DNA of 64,000 bases from an uncultured Candidatus Saccharibacteria bacterium (GCA_964414295.1 CAYPVU010000020.1:43289-107288); one strand, 5' to 3'. Counted from the first letter of the stretch, positions 27,826 through 37,935 are shown. The notes: generated by a model not told the origin, from the letters alone. A program made the numbers and translations.

Positions 27826-28754
27826 TATAAATCCAGGTAAATTAAATTATTCCAAGGATCTAATGTTGAAAATGATTTTTCGGAAATTTGGTTTACCTGA
27901 ATATTTTTACTTCTTAAATTCTCTAATACTCGTTTAAATAAATCTAAACTATAGTATTTAATTTGAAAGCTTTTTAACCCTGTTAAATTTTCTGGCCTTT
28001 TTTCAGCTCCGTTGCTTTGCCAAGTATTAATACCTAAATGATGATGATAACCATCTTTAGAAATGAACAATGAATTACTGCTTTGTGTAATTACATCAAA
28101 TAAAAGTATGTCACTATAAAATGCTTTTGCATTTTCAATATTCCCAACTCTTAAGTGTATATGTCCCATTTTTGAAGGACTATTAGAATTGTTTAAATAT
28201 TTATTAATATATTCTTTTTCGTTGATATATGTGCTACCCATAACAGGTTTCCCATCTGCATAAATCCACTGATCTCTGGGTCTGTCATAATAAAGTTCAA
28301 CACCATTGTTTTCTGGGTCAACAAAATAAAAAGCCTCAGTTACTGAGTGATCGGCACTTCCTTGATAGTATTGAGGACTTTTAGTAAGTATTCTATTTAT
28401 AGCTTCAGCTAAGCCATTTTGTGTTTCAAATACTATAGCCATATGATAGAGTCCGGCTTCCGATCCATTTTCAAACTTATTATTTGAATTAGAAACTAAT
28501 TTTACTAATACATTGTCTTCGTATCCTAATTCTACATAATTACCTTTAGCAGAAATCTCTTTAAGTCCAATCAAATCAATGTAAAATGATTTTACCTTTT
28601 GTAGATCAATTACATTTAACTCTACATAACCCATTTCTATACTTTTATTTTGACTCATTAATTTAATTACTGTAAAAGTTACAAATACTAATAAGATTAT
28701 AAAAAATAAACCAATCAGTAGTTTAAATAAATCTTTTTTCTTAATACTTATCAT
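27822..28754 (-). CDS. membrane-anchored tandem VOC (glyoxalase / extradiol-dioxygenase fold) protein
   Basis: N-terminal TM, then two VOC-like modules (HMAIVFE...; HIHLRVGNIENAKAFYSDIL). Confidence 0.55.
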   Translation of the reverse strand: MISIKKKDLFKLLIGLFFIILLVFVTFTVIKLMSQNKSIEMGYVELNVIDLQKVKSFYIDLIGLKEISAKGNYVELGYEDNVLVKLVSNSNNKFENGSEAGLYHMAIVFETQNGLAEAINRILTKSPQYYQGSADHSVTEAFYFVDPENNGVELYYDRPRDQWIYADGKPVMGSTYINEKEYINKYLNNSNSPSKMGHIHLRVGNIENAKAFYSDILLFDVITQSSNSLFISKDGYHHHLGINTWQSNGAEKRPENLTGLKSFQIKYYSLDLFKRVLENLRSKNIQVNQISEKSFSTLDPWNNLIYLDLY

Positions 28755-28769
28755 GTGTGATTATTAATT

Positions 28770-29450
28770 ATGTATAATTTATTGTTATCATATGAATATA
28801 CTATGAATAAAAGCCATAAAAAAATCTTGTTAATCTTATTAAGCGGAGTTCTTTTAGGAACAGCTTCTTCTTTAGGTGATGTTTTGCCCTTTGGTTCGTT
28901 ACTTTATATTATTGGTGGATTCTTAAATACTGCTTCTGTTTGGAGTTTATCTGCTTTTCTTATTGGTACACAATTTAGATCTCGAAAAAATTCAATTATT
29001 TTTTCAATTTCTTTTCTTGCTTTATCTGTACTTTCTTATTATATAGTTGGATATTTATGGGGAAATAGAGGAGAAGTTCCTCTTATAACTTTAGTTAGTA
29101 CAGCATTAAGTTGGATTTTTATAGGAATATTTATAGGTGCTTTATGCGGTTTATCGGGTAGAACTGCTAAGCATACTAAGAACTTAAGAAAAAGAATAAT
29201 TGCAATGATTATTCCAATGGCTATTATTTTAACTGAGAGCAAAATATCTTTAATTCAGTTATTACCTTACTTAAATTTAAATTCAAATAACTACATACCA
29301 TTTCTTATGATGGTTTTGTTATTTATTTCTGCATGTGGAATTCCTTTTATAATCTTTAAAAATAGAAGGGTAGCTGTATACACTTTAATATTGGCCCTTT
29401 TAATAAGTTCAGCGGGAAGTTTACTTTTAATTACTATAAGTAATCTATAA
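28770..29450 (+). CDS. polytopic membrane protein (~6 TM), unknown function
   Basis: Hydropathy only. Confidence 0.45.
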   Translation: MYNLLLSYEYTMNKSHKKILLILLSGVLLGTASSLGDVLPFGSLLYIIGGFLNTASVWSLSAFLIGTQFRSRKNSIIFSISFLALSVLSYYIVGYLWGNRGEVPLITLVSTALSWIFIGIFIGALCGLSGRTAKHTKNLRKRIIAMIIPMAIILTESKISLIQLLPYLNLNSNNYIPFLMMVLLFISACGIPFIIFKNRRVAVYTLILALLISSAGSLLLITISNL

Positions 29451-29523
29451 TTTACAAAAACTTTAACAAATTCACAGAGAATTCACCTAAAATTTTATTA
29501 ATAATTTATTAACAAGTTATTTT

Positions 29524-29886
29524 ATGAATAGAGATCGTTCAGCAGTTATTATACTTACTTTAATAGTAGCCTTCATTTTATTTGTTTTAGTAGCATTAGG
29601 ACTACAAAACGCTACAAGCAATAACAATACAACAAATAATAATGCAACAACAAATGAGCCACAAGCGTGTACTATGGATGCAATGTTGTGTCCGGACGGT
29701 ACATATGTGGGTAGAAATCCAAATAGTAACTGTGAATTCTATCAATGTCCAAATCCGTTAAGTGGAGCACAGAATCAATCAGTGTGTACTATGGAAGTAA
29801 AAATGTGTCCAGATGGAACAGAAGTGGGACGAGACTCTGCAAGGAATTGCCAATTTACCTTATGTCCAGACGGCACTCAGTTATAA
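29524..29886 (+). CDS. small secreted protein with two tandem 4-Cys repeats
   Basis: Signal/TM, Asn/Thr linker, then CTMDAMLCPDGTYVGRNPNSNCEFYQCPN and CTMEVKMCPDGTEVGRDSARNCQFTLCPD (C-x5-C-x11-C-x4-C, twice). Confidence 0.55.
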   Translation: MNRDRSAVIILTLIVAFILFVLVALGLQNATSNNNTTNNNATTNEPQACTMDAMLCPDGTYVGRNPNSNCEFYQCPNPLSGAQNQSVCTMEVKMCPDGTEVGRDSARNCQFTLCPDGTQL

Positions 29887-29931
29887 TTCAATTTAAGAAC
29901 GTAAAAGAAAAAGAGCTGTAACTCTAATTAA

Positions 29932-30321
29932 CTACAATCGGATAATTGGAGGCAGTTCTTTGTTCTCTGCAATAAATCTTATTGATAAGGAATTTACACA
30001 ATGTCTTGTGTTTTTATCAGTTAATCTTTCTCCTCTGAATACGTGTCCTAAATGTGCCTCACAGTTAGCACACTGAATTTCAGTCCTTTGACCATCTGCA
30101 TCTGGTATTTCCTTTACTGCGTTTGGAAAACAGTCCTCAAATGCTGGCCATCCGCAATGAGCATCAAATTTAGCCTTTGAAGAAAATAGGGGATTATTAC
30201 ATCTACGGCATATAAAAGTACCAGGTAAGTAAAAATCATCATATTCACCTGTAAAAGGATATTCTGTACCCTTATTAACAATAATATTCTCTTCTTCTTT
30301 TGTTAACTTGTTGTATTCCAT
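29932..30321 (-). CDS. msrB: peptide-methionine (R)-S-oxide reductase
   Basis: CxxC...CxxC zinc site and the RHCVNSLSI active-site motif. Confidence 0.85.
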   Translation of the reverse strand: MEYNKLTKEEENIIVNKGTEYPFTGEYDDFYLPGTFICRRCNNPLFSSKAKFDAHCGWPAFEDCFPNAVKEIPDADGQRTEIQCANCEAHLGHVFRGERLTDKNTRHCVNSLSIRFIAENKELPPIIRL

Positions 30322-30353
30322 TTAATAATAGTAACTTAAACTATTATTACACA

Positions 30354-31442
30354 TTATGCTTCTTCTTTATTAGCAATTATATTTCTTTTTAGACTATCAA
30401 AAAGTTGTTCTCTAAGTTGAATCTGACTAAAACTTGGGTTTAATAAAGCCTGCAGTAAATGCCCTTGTCCTGTAATTTGAAGCATTGTATTAACATGCCT
30501 CTCTTCTGTAGAAGGTGTATAGTAAACCAATTCTGCCCACTCTTTTTCAACTACAATTGGCAAAAAACCGCAATCCATAACAGTTGTTCCGTCAGGTAAT
30601 ATTAAATATCTGGTAGAATATGTACCGGTTGGCATTAACTCAGTTGGCTCTTCGTTACTTTCTGGAGCTGGTACAAAAGACTGACATGAAAACTCTTCTT
30701 TAACACTCCCCTTAATTGCAAGATATCCATCTAGATCTTTGCCTAATAAATCCTTATTTAGTCCAACAAATATAACTTTAATATTAGGATATTCTAACTT
30801 TATATACTCTATAAATTGTAAGATTGCTTCTGGAGGTAAGAAAGAAAATTCGTCAAAATGCAAGATAACTTTATCTTCTTTAGAGATATTCAACTCTCTA
30901 AATAATTCTTCGTACCTTTCTGGATTGTACTGAACTGCGCTTATTCTTGCAAATCCGTCTTCACCAACTTCATCATCAGAAGTACATTCACGTCCTCTTA
31001 TAGTAATAAAGTCACCCATAAAAAAAGGAACCATTGTTATTACTCTATAGCCTTTATCTTCTAATCTTTTACAAACTTCGGAAGCAAGTGTAGATTTGCC
31101 TGCATACATAGAACTTGTTATAGCAAAAAACTGATCACTGGAATTATCAATAATCTGACTTAAACCAACAGACTGTTCTGAATAGATTTCGTGATGTCTT
31201 TGCCTATATAAATCAATTTGTTGTTTATTCGGTTTTATAGGATTAAATAATAGTCTTTCAATCTCTTCACTTGGCCAATTATTCGCTAAAGTATATGTAA
31301 GAATAACAAGCAATGCTTCAAAACCATTTGTATCTAAGTATTGAAAGTATTCAGATTGGGTTAGGGCTTGTAAATGTCGTTGAATATTTTCTGGAATCTC
31401 TAATAATTCTAGACGTTGACGAATTGAAAGTTGGTCAGTCAT
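30354..31442 (-). CDS. P-loop NTPase with a divergent thymidine-kinase-like fold and an N-terminal ~110-aa domain of unknown function
   Basis: Walker A SMYAGKSTLA resembles TK GPMFSGKST. Walker B-like ILHFDEFSFL and VIFVGLNKDLLGKDLDG resemble TK VAALDGDF. Confidence 0.4.
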   Translation of the reverse strand: MTDQLSIRQRLELLEIPENIQRHLQALTQSEYFQYLDTNGFEALLVILTYTLANNWPSEEIERLLFNPIKPNKQQIDLYRQRHHEIYSEQSVGLSQIIDNSSDQFFAITSSMYAGKSTLASEVCKRLEDKGYRVITMVPFFMGDFITIRGRECTSDDEVGEDGFARISAVQYNPERYEELFRELNISKEDKVILHFDEFSFLPPEAILQFIEYIKLEYPNIKVIFVGLNKDLLGKDLDGYLAIKGSVKEEFSCQSFVPAPESNEEPTELMPTGTYSTRYLILPDGTTVMDCGFLPIVVEKEWAELVYYTPSTEERHVNTMLQITGQGHLLQALLNPSFSQIQLREQLFDSLKRNIIANKEEA

Positions 31443-31520
31443 AAAATAAAACTAAAACATTAACTATGGAACGGTAACAATTTATCACAGAGTTAGGATT
31501 TGGTATATCCAGTTTTTAAA

Positions 31521-32750
31521 CTAACCAGCTATTGCTGTAGCCACTAAAGATTTATTTGTAGAAGATTCTAATAAATTAAGTTCAGCAAGTTTTGAATATA
31601 AATTTTCTATAAAATCAACATATCTAATTTTTATTTCTGCCCATCTCCATAAAAGTTCTACCCATACTCCTTCGTTTCCTGAAGCATCAGCATCTAGCTG
31701 TACCTGGGCGTGTAAAGTCATATATCCATTACTATCAATAATAATTCTTCCTACTGAATCAGTAGCAATTTCTCCATGACCAATTTGATTTATAGTAACT
31801 CCTAAAAGATTTGATAAAGTCTGAGCAGAAATAATCGAAGAAAGGGAATGCATTCTATTGTTAATTTCAACACCCAACGTTAATCTTTGTCCATAGTTAG
31901 AAAAACTTACCCATTGTCCAATAGTAGTAAGACTTGTTATTCCTAACTCAGGAAAACTTAAAGCATAGGGTAAAGTTGCTAATTGTACAGCTTCTGGTCC
32001 TTTCCATTGTTCCTGCATAGTTCCATTTAAAACGTCTTCCAAATGCCAATTAAAGTCATCAATATCTCTTTGTAAAACTGGGATTTGGCTCATTTCCCAT
32101 TGTCCGCTTTCGCTTCTAGTTATTTTATAAAAAGAGGTTCCCATAGGATCTCCTTCTTTATAGACTACTGCAACTATACATAAATTACCGCACTCATCAC
32201 AATAATCATTTGCATCATAAATCATAATTTGAGATTCTGGATCAAACTCCCATACTACTTCAGCAAAAGTAAATGTATTTCCGGAATCTTTAGAAACAAA
32301 TCTCATTATGGCTGAAGCATTAGCGCCTTCGTTAGTATTATTAAAATCAAAGTTAAAATTCGATTGAATATAAGCTTCTATTCCATCTTCTGTTTCTCTA
32401 AAAGATCCTGCGACTTTAAACCTTCCATCTAACTTTGGTGGTATACCAGTTAAAATAACTCTATTTTTAGAAGTTGTATTAGTGAGCTTGTTATTAACTA
32501 CTTTTTCTATGCAAACACCTTCATCACAACCAGCAGTTAAAAATATAACTTCTTCATTTTCGTTTAATTGTGGGTCTAACCTTTTTAAGATAGCCATATC
32601 TTTATAAAAAGTAGTAGGTGCATGTAGTCTTGCAACTATTGAATCTTTTTGATTTAAAAGATATAACTCTGGGGATTCTGGATTAATTGAAAGAATATAA
32701 TGAATTCTTTCTCTATACGTATGCTGTTGTTGCTCAATTGAACTTTGCAC
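31521..32750 (-). CDS. hypothetical protein (409 aa)
   Basis: Long ORF with consistent codon usage, no recognisable motifs, and co-directional with the TK-like gene. Confidence 0.5.
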   Translation of the reverse strand: MQSSIEQQQHTYRERIHYILSINPESPELYLLNQKDSIVARLHAPTTFYKDMAILKRLDPQLNENEEVIFLTAGCDEGVCIEKVVNNKLTNTTSKNRVILTGIPPKLDGRFKVAGSFRETEDGIEAYIQSNFNFDFNNTNEGANASAIMRFVSKDSGNTFTFAEVVWEFDPESQIMIYDANDYCDECGNLCIVAVVYKEGDPMGTSFYKITRSESGQWEMSQIPVLQRDIDDFNWHLEDVLNGTMQEQWKGPEAVQLATLPYALSFPELGITSLTTIGQWVSFSNYGQRLTLGVEINNRMHSLSSIISAQTLSNLLGVTINQIGHGEIATDSVGRIIIDSNGYMTLHAQVQLDADASGNEGVWVELLWRWAEIKIRYVDFIENLYSKLAELNLLESSTNKSLVATAIAG

Positions 32751-32932
32751 AAAATTTACATGAAATTTACTGTATATTTATATTCTAACTTCTAAAAGGT
32801 TAAATGAATAGTGATTTTAGAGGTTTTACATTGTAAATTTTATGTAATAAAGTTTACCAATTATTTACTACCCAAAGCAAAGAACTTAATAATTTAGGAA
32901 TAATATAAATTAGTTACTTATTAAGTTTAGAT

Positions 32933-33889
32933 ATGGTTAAATTTGGATACTCACTTTCTACAGAACAATTAAATGTAAAGGAAATTCTAGATTTAGTAGT
33001 AAATGTAGAAAATAATGGTTTTGATTTTGCAATGCTTTCAGATCATTTTCATCCATGGATAGAAAAACAAGGACAAAGTTCATTTGTATGGAGTATGTTG
33101 GGAGCGGTATCTCAAAAAACAAATAACTTACCTGTAGGGACTGGAGTTACTGCAACTATATTAAGATATCATCCAGCAATTTTAGCTCAAGCAGCTGCAA
33201 CAGCTGCCGCATTAATGGAAGATCGGTTTATTTTTGGAGTCGGCTCGGGTGAGAACTTAAATGAGCATATTATTGGTGAAGGATGGCCTCCTATAAAAGT
33301 TAGACATGAAATGTTTAGAGAATCTTTAGAAATTATAAGAAAACTTTGGGAAGGGAATAATACAAATTATTTTGGTGCTTATTATACAGTCGAAGATGCT
33401 AAGATTTATACTTTACCCAAAACCTTACCACCAATAATAGTTTCTGCGTATGGACCTAAAGCTGCAAAAATAGCTGCAGAACTAGGGGATGGACTAATAA
33501 CAACATCTCCTGATGAAGAAATTGTAAAAGCTTATAAGGATAACGATGGAGATGGACCAATGTATATTCAATTTACAGTAAGTTTTGATGAGAATGACGA
33601 AAAAGCAATAGATAGAGCTTATGAAATTTGGCCAATTGCCGGTTTTAATGACCCTTTAAATACAGAATTAAGGTTGCCTAAATATTACGATAAGGTAAAA
33701 AAGATGGTTAAAAAGGAAGATATTGCAAATTCTATTCCCTACGGCAAAGATCCCCAAAAATATATTGAACAAATACAAAAAGCTATTGATCTAGGTTTTA
33801 CTCATATTTATTTAAATCAAGTCGGTCATGAGCAGAAAAAGTTTATGGAGTTTTATAGAGATGAAATTATTTCTAACTTTACTGGGTAA
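32933..33889 (+). CDS. luciferase-like (LLM) flavin/F420-dependent oxidoreductase family protein
   Basis: TIM-barrel LLM signatures: FAMLSDHFHPW and a GVGSGEN-type segment. Confidence 0.6.
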   Translation: MVKFGYSLSTEQLNVKEILDLVVNVENNGFDFAMLSDHFHPWIEKQGQSSFVWSMLGAVSQKTNNLPVGTGVTATILRYHPAILAQAAATAAALMEDRFIFGVGSGENLNEHIIGEGWPPIKVRHEMFRESLEIIRKLWEGNNTNYFGAYYTVEDAKIYTLPKTLPPIIVSAYGPKAAKIAAELGDGLITTSPDEEIVKAYKDNDGDGPMYIQFTVSFDENDEKAIDRAYEIWPIAGFNDPLNTELRLPKYYDKVKKMVKKEDIANSIPYGKDPQKYIEQIQKAIDLGFTHIYLNQVGHEQKKFMEFYRDEIISNFTG

Positions 33890-33961
33890 CAATTATAAAT
33901 AAGCTATCAAAACAAATCGTTACTAATTATAATTATTGAGTATTAATTATAGTAGTAATTT

Positions 33962-34513
33962 ATGGAAGAAATCTTTTGTAAAGAAATAAGTGATTTACAC
34001 AATTGGTTAAAAGTGAATTACAAAAGGGAAAAAGGTATATGGTTAGTCTTTTTAAAAGGCAAAGATAGAACAATGTCTTGGGAAGATATTGTAAAAGAAT
34101 TACTATGTTTTGGCTGGATTGATAGCAAAGCTGGCAGTGTAGATTCAACCAAATCTAAAATATGGATATCTCCAAGAAAACCGAGTAGTGGTTGGTCTGC
34201 AATAAATAAAATTCATATTGAGAATTTAATAAAGGAAGGAAGGATGCAAAAAGCAGGATTAGAAGTTGTTGAGCAGGCAAAAAAAAGCGGTGCATGGAAT
34301 ATTCTTGATAGTGTAGAAAGGTTAGAAGTACCTACAGATTTAGAAAAGAAGCTCAAAAGTTATCCTAATGCATATAAAAATTTTACTAACTTCCCTAAAT
34401 CTACAATACGCGCAACCTTACAATGGATTTTAACGGCTAAAACACCAAATACTAGGGCTTCTAGAATTTTAAAGACAGCAGAACTTGCTGAAGAGAATAT
34501 GAGAGCTATTTAA
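33962..34513 (+). CDS. YdeI/OmpD-associated family protein (PF13376-like)
   Basis: WLKVNYKREKGIWLVF...SWEDIVKELLCFGWIDS pattern. Confidence 0.5.
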   Translation: MEEIFCKEISDLHNWLKVNYKREKGIWLVFLKGKDRTMSWEDIVKELLCFGWIDSKAGSVDSTKSKIWISPRKPSSGWSAINKIHIENLIKEGRMQKAGLEVVEQAKKSGAWNILDSVERLEVPTDLEKKLKSYPNAYKNFTNFPKSTIRATLQWILTAKTPNTRASRILKTAELAEENMRAI

Positions 34514-34534
34514 TGTAAAATATACATACAATAT

Positions 34535-35455
34535 CTAATTCATTAAAGAATGGACTTTTAAATATTTTTCTAATACTTCCTTTTCTCTCGAATATATACG
34601 TTTATAAGAATTCTGGATTACAGCATTGTTGAAATCTTTAAAGGCCTCATCACTCTCTGAAATTTCCAGTATCTTTATAGAAAGGTTACTTTTTTCAGCT
34701 TCATGGCTACCTAGGATTATCCCTATTTTAGGTGTTAATACAATAGGTATAAGTTTCTCACTATAATTCGCAGCTCCTACATCCCATTGTAGGTAAAAAG
34801 GATTATCACTTGTTAAAAAGCTTCCAGATCTCAGGTTAACAAAGTATAGGCTTCGTTTAAATATTTCCTCTTTCCATCTTTTGGCTTGTCTATCCATTAT
34901 GTTAAGTGCATAGTGAGATGATTCACTGTCACTTAAAAGATTTAAATATGCTTGTGTTTGGAAATCTAATTTATCCTGAACAGTCATTTTATAAATTTCT
35001 CTTTGAAAGGTTTTCATAAAAGTTTCGCCAGCAGTTTTCATAATCTGTAGTTTATTTTCAATAACTTTATTTCTTATTCTTTTAGCCTTTTCAGCAAATT
35101 CTACAGTTCGTACAGGAAGATAACTTAGAAAGTAAATTAAATTTACTAAATCATTTTCTGAAGGAATTGACAAACTAGCTACTGATCTCTTTATATTATC
35201 TAAACTTTTTCCATATAAATCATCAATTATTTTTAATCTATCTACTTCTACAGAAACATCAGCCTCAGGTGTTTCAAATCTTGTAAAAATATCCCTATTA
35301 AATAGTTTACTTATACTTTTTTCTTGGATTTTTCTATTATGAATCCAGGACTTATCGAAGTAATAAACTTTCTTTTGATTAGAATCAAAAGTGAATTCTT
35401 TTAGATATACTTCAGGTATGGTATGTTGATTTCTTGAAGGATTTGACTTCCTCAT
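34535..35455 (-). CDS. DUF4238-family protein
   Basis: N-terminal NQHTIPEVYLKEF matches the DUF4238 HxVPxxYLxxF signature. Confidence 0.5.
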   Translation of the reverse strand: MRKSNPSRNQHTIPEVYLKEFTFDSNQKKVYYFDKSWIHNRKIQEKSISKLFNRDIFTRFETPEADVSVEVDRLKIIDDLYGKSLDNIKRSVASLSIPSENDLVNLIYFLSYLPVRTVEFAEKAKRIRNKVIENKLQIMKTAGETFMKTFQREIYKMTVQDKLDFQTQAYLNLLSDSESSHYALNIMDRQAKRWKEEIFKRSLYFVNLRSGSFLTSDNPFYLQWDVGAANYSEKLIPIVLTPKIGIILGSHEAEKSNLSIKILEISESDEAFKDFNNAVIQNSYKRIYSREKEVLEKYLKVHSLMN

Positions 35456-35552
35456 ATAGATTTTGTTAAATCTTAATATTAGATAATTAAACTATAAACA
35501 AATAATTATAGATTAGGAGAAATTAAAGGAAATAGGTAAAGTCATTCGATCA

Positions 35553-35918
35553 TCAAGGCCCACTTCCTGCACCTGTTACATACCAAAGATCATCAAGCTT
35601 TTCTACAGTAACGAATGTTAATGCTTTTTCTCCATCTACAGTAGGATTAAATCTATAATTTACTCTAGTCGGAGTAACTTCATATGCTGAATACTCTAAA
35701 TCCCATATATTAAAGATTAGTTTGTAACTTGTATAGGAATATCCGTTATAGCTTAGTTTGCTATGTACCTGATTTGCCCATGGATAATTTAGTAATGCTT
35801 CTTCGGCTGTACTATAGCCTTTATTGGGATCATTAAATCTTGTGGGATTTATAAAGATGTAAATGAAAAAAATAACGAAGATTAGAAATACAAGTCCTAG
35901 AATTAGTTTTTTGTACAT
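35553..35918 (-). CDS. small signal-anchored hypothetical protein
   Basis: The ORF-track start at 36029 overlaps tRNA-Gly. The start was trimmed to MYKKLILGLVFLIFV... downstream of the tRNA. Confidence 0.45.
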   Translation of the reverse strand: MYKKLILGLVFLIFVIFFIYIFINPTRFNDPNKGYSTAEEALLNYPWANQVHSKLSYNGYSYTSYKLIFNIWDLEYSAYEVTPTRVNYRFNPTVDGEKALTFVTVEKLDDLWYVTGAGSGP

Positions 35919-35939
35919 ATGTTTATAATGGAGCATAAA

Positions 35940-36011
35940 AGCGGGTAGCGGGAATCGAACCCGCCTCCTTGGTTTGGAAAACCAATATAATGACCGATAT
36001 ACTATACCCGC
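35940..36011 (-). tRNA. tRNA-Gly (anticodon UCC)
   Basis: The reverse complement GCGGGTATAGTATATCGGTCATTATATTGGTTTTCCAAACCAAGGAGGCGGGTTCGATTCCCGCTACCCGCT folds as a cloverleaf. The 7/7 acceptor stem is GCGGGTA/TACCCGC, the anticodon stem TTGGT/ACCAA carries the loop TTTCCAA (anticodon TCC), and the T-arm is GGCGGGTTCGATTCCCGCT. Confidence 0.85.
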
Positions 36012-36126
36012 ATTAATCGCAATCCCCATCCTTTTCCGAGGTACATTGAGTATATCAAAACTCTGCTATAAGTCAATAATCTACAGCTATGGTATTATTT
36101 AATGGTATTTTTTAACTCAAACTTCA

Positions 36127-37935
36127 ATGAATACTGAATGGAATTTAAAGCTTTTACTTACTTCCGAAGACTCAAATACTATTGAAAATATTAAAGAAGA
36201 AGTTAGGGCAAAGTGGGATGAATTTACTAAAAAATGGGAAAACAATAAAGACTATTTAGAAGATCCTATTGTTCTAAAACAAGCTTTAGATGAGTATGAG
36301 GCACTTCATGCAAATTATGGAATGGATAAAGGTTTAAGTTACTACTTTGAATTAAAAGATTCCTTAGATCAAGGGAACTCCAATACTAAAGCTCAAATTA
36401 ATAAAATAGATGATTTTGTAAGCCAGTTATCTAATCAAATTCAGTTTTTTACTCATAGAATTTCTAAGGTTGATGAAGCTAAACAACATGTATTACTAAA
36501 TGCTGCTGAACTACAAGACTATAGACATTTTTTAGAAAGGTTATTTCAGGAATCTAAACATTTACTAACAGAAGATCAAGAAAAAGTAATTACACTTATT
36601 TCTAAACCGGCAACCTATAACTGGAGACAGATGGTTGAGGCTTTTGTAGCAAATGATGAAGAGGAAGTATTAACAGAAGAAGGAAAATTAGAAAAAAGAC
36701 CAATGTCGCAAATTGGACCAATGATAGATACTAGAAATATTGAAGTTAGAGAAAGTGCAGTAAATGCTTTATATAAAATAAGAGAAAGATGGTCTAGTGT
36801 TTCTGAGAATGAAATTAATTCTTTACTAGAATATAAAAAGAATACAGATTTATTAAGGAATTTTGAAAGACCTGATTCAGGTAGGCATTTAGCAGACGAT
36901 ATTGATACCGAAGTTGTAGACGCAATGATAGAAAGCGTTGTTAGTAAATTTCCTATAATTGAAGAATACTTTAAGTTTAAAGCAAAACTAATTAAAAAGG
37001 ATGTATTGCAGGCTCATGAAGCATTATTAGGTATTGAATATTTAGATGAATCAATAGATGTTAGTAATATCAAAAAATATTCATTTGAAGAAGCAGTGGA
37101 GTTGGTATCTAAAGTAATGGGAAACTTAGATAGTGAATTTAAACAAATCTTTGAAGATTTCTTTAATGAGGGCAGAGTAGATGTTTATCCCAAAAAAGGA
37201 AAAGTTAATGGTGCATTTTGTGCAAGCGTGCATAAGACTCAACCTGTTTATATCCTTTTAAACTTTACAGGCAAGCTGCAGGATTGTTTAACAATGGCGC
37301 ACGAAATGGGACATGGTATTAATGACATTTTAATGAGAAAACAGAACGAACTAAATTATGGTACTGTACTTTCTACAGCGGAAGTTGCAAGTACTTTTAT
37401 GGAGGACTTTGTATGGCAGGAAATTGTTAAAGAGGCAAACGACGAGCAAAAATTTGTACTTATAATGCAAAAAATTGATGACGATATTGGAACAATATTT
37501 ATGCAGGTAGCTTGTTATACTTTTGAGCAAAATCTTCATAAACAATTTAGAGAAAAAGGATATTTATCTAAGGCAGAAATTTCCGAGATATTCCTAAATT
37601 CATTTAGTAATCTTTTTGGCAGCTCAGTTGAATACAGTAAAACAAAATATAAGTGGGTAACATGGACTCATATTAGAACTTTCTTTTATGTCTATTCATA
37701 CGCAAGCGGTTTATTAATTTCTAAGTCATTGCAGAACAGTGTAAAAAACAACCCTAAATTTATATCAAAAGTTAAAGAGTTTTTAAGTGCCGGTACAAGT
37801 AAATCACCTAAAGATACATTTATGGACTTAGGAATTGATATTACAAAAAAAGAGTTTTGGATAAATGGTTTAAAAGAAGTTGAGGACTTAATAAATGCAG
37901 CAAAGGAATTAGCAATTAAGTTAGGTAAAATTTAG
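36127..37935 (+). CDS. pepF: oligoendopeptidase F (M3B metallopeptidase)
   Basis: HEMGHG zinc-binding motif, about 600 aa, M3 family layout. Confidence 0.8.
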   Translation: MNTEWNLKLLLTSEDSNTIENIKEEVRAKWDEFTKKWENNKDYLEDPIVLKQALDEYEALHANYGMDKGLSYYFELKDSLDQGNSNTKAQINKIDDFVSQLSNQIQFFTHRISKVDEAKQHVLLNAAELQDYRHFLERLFQESKHLLTEDQEKVITLISKPATYNWRQMVEAFVANDEEEVLTEEGKLEKRPMSQIGPMIDTRNIEVRESAVNALYKIRERWSSVSENEINSLLEYKKNTDLLRNFERPDSGRHLADDIDTEVVDAMIESVVSKFPIIEEYFKFKAKLIKKDVLQAHEALLGIEYLDESIDVSNIKKYSFEEAVELVSKVMGNLDSEFKQIFEDFFNEGRVDVYPKKGKVNGAFCASVHKTQPVYILLNFTGKLQDCLTMAHEMGHGINDILMRKQNELNYGTVLSTAEVASTFMEDFVWQEIVKEANDEQKFVLIMQKIDDDIGTIFMQVACYTFEQNLHKQFREKGYLSKAEISEIFLNSFSNLFGSSVEYSKTKYKWVTWTHIRTFFYVYSYASGLLISKSLQNSVKNNPKFISKVKEFLSAGTSKSPKDTFMDLGIDITKKEFWINGLKEVEDLINAAKELAIKLGKI

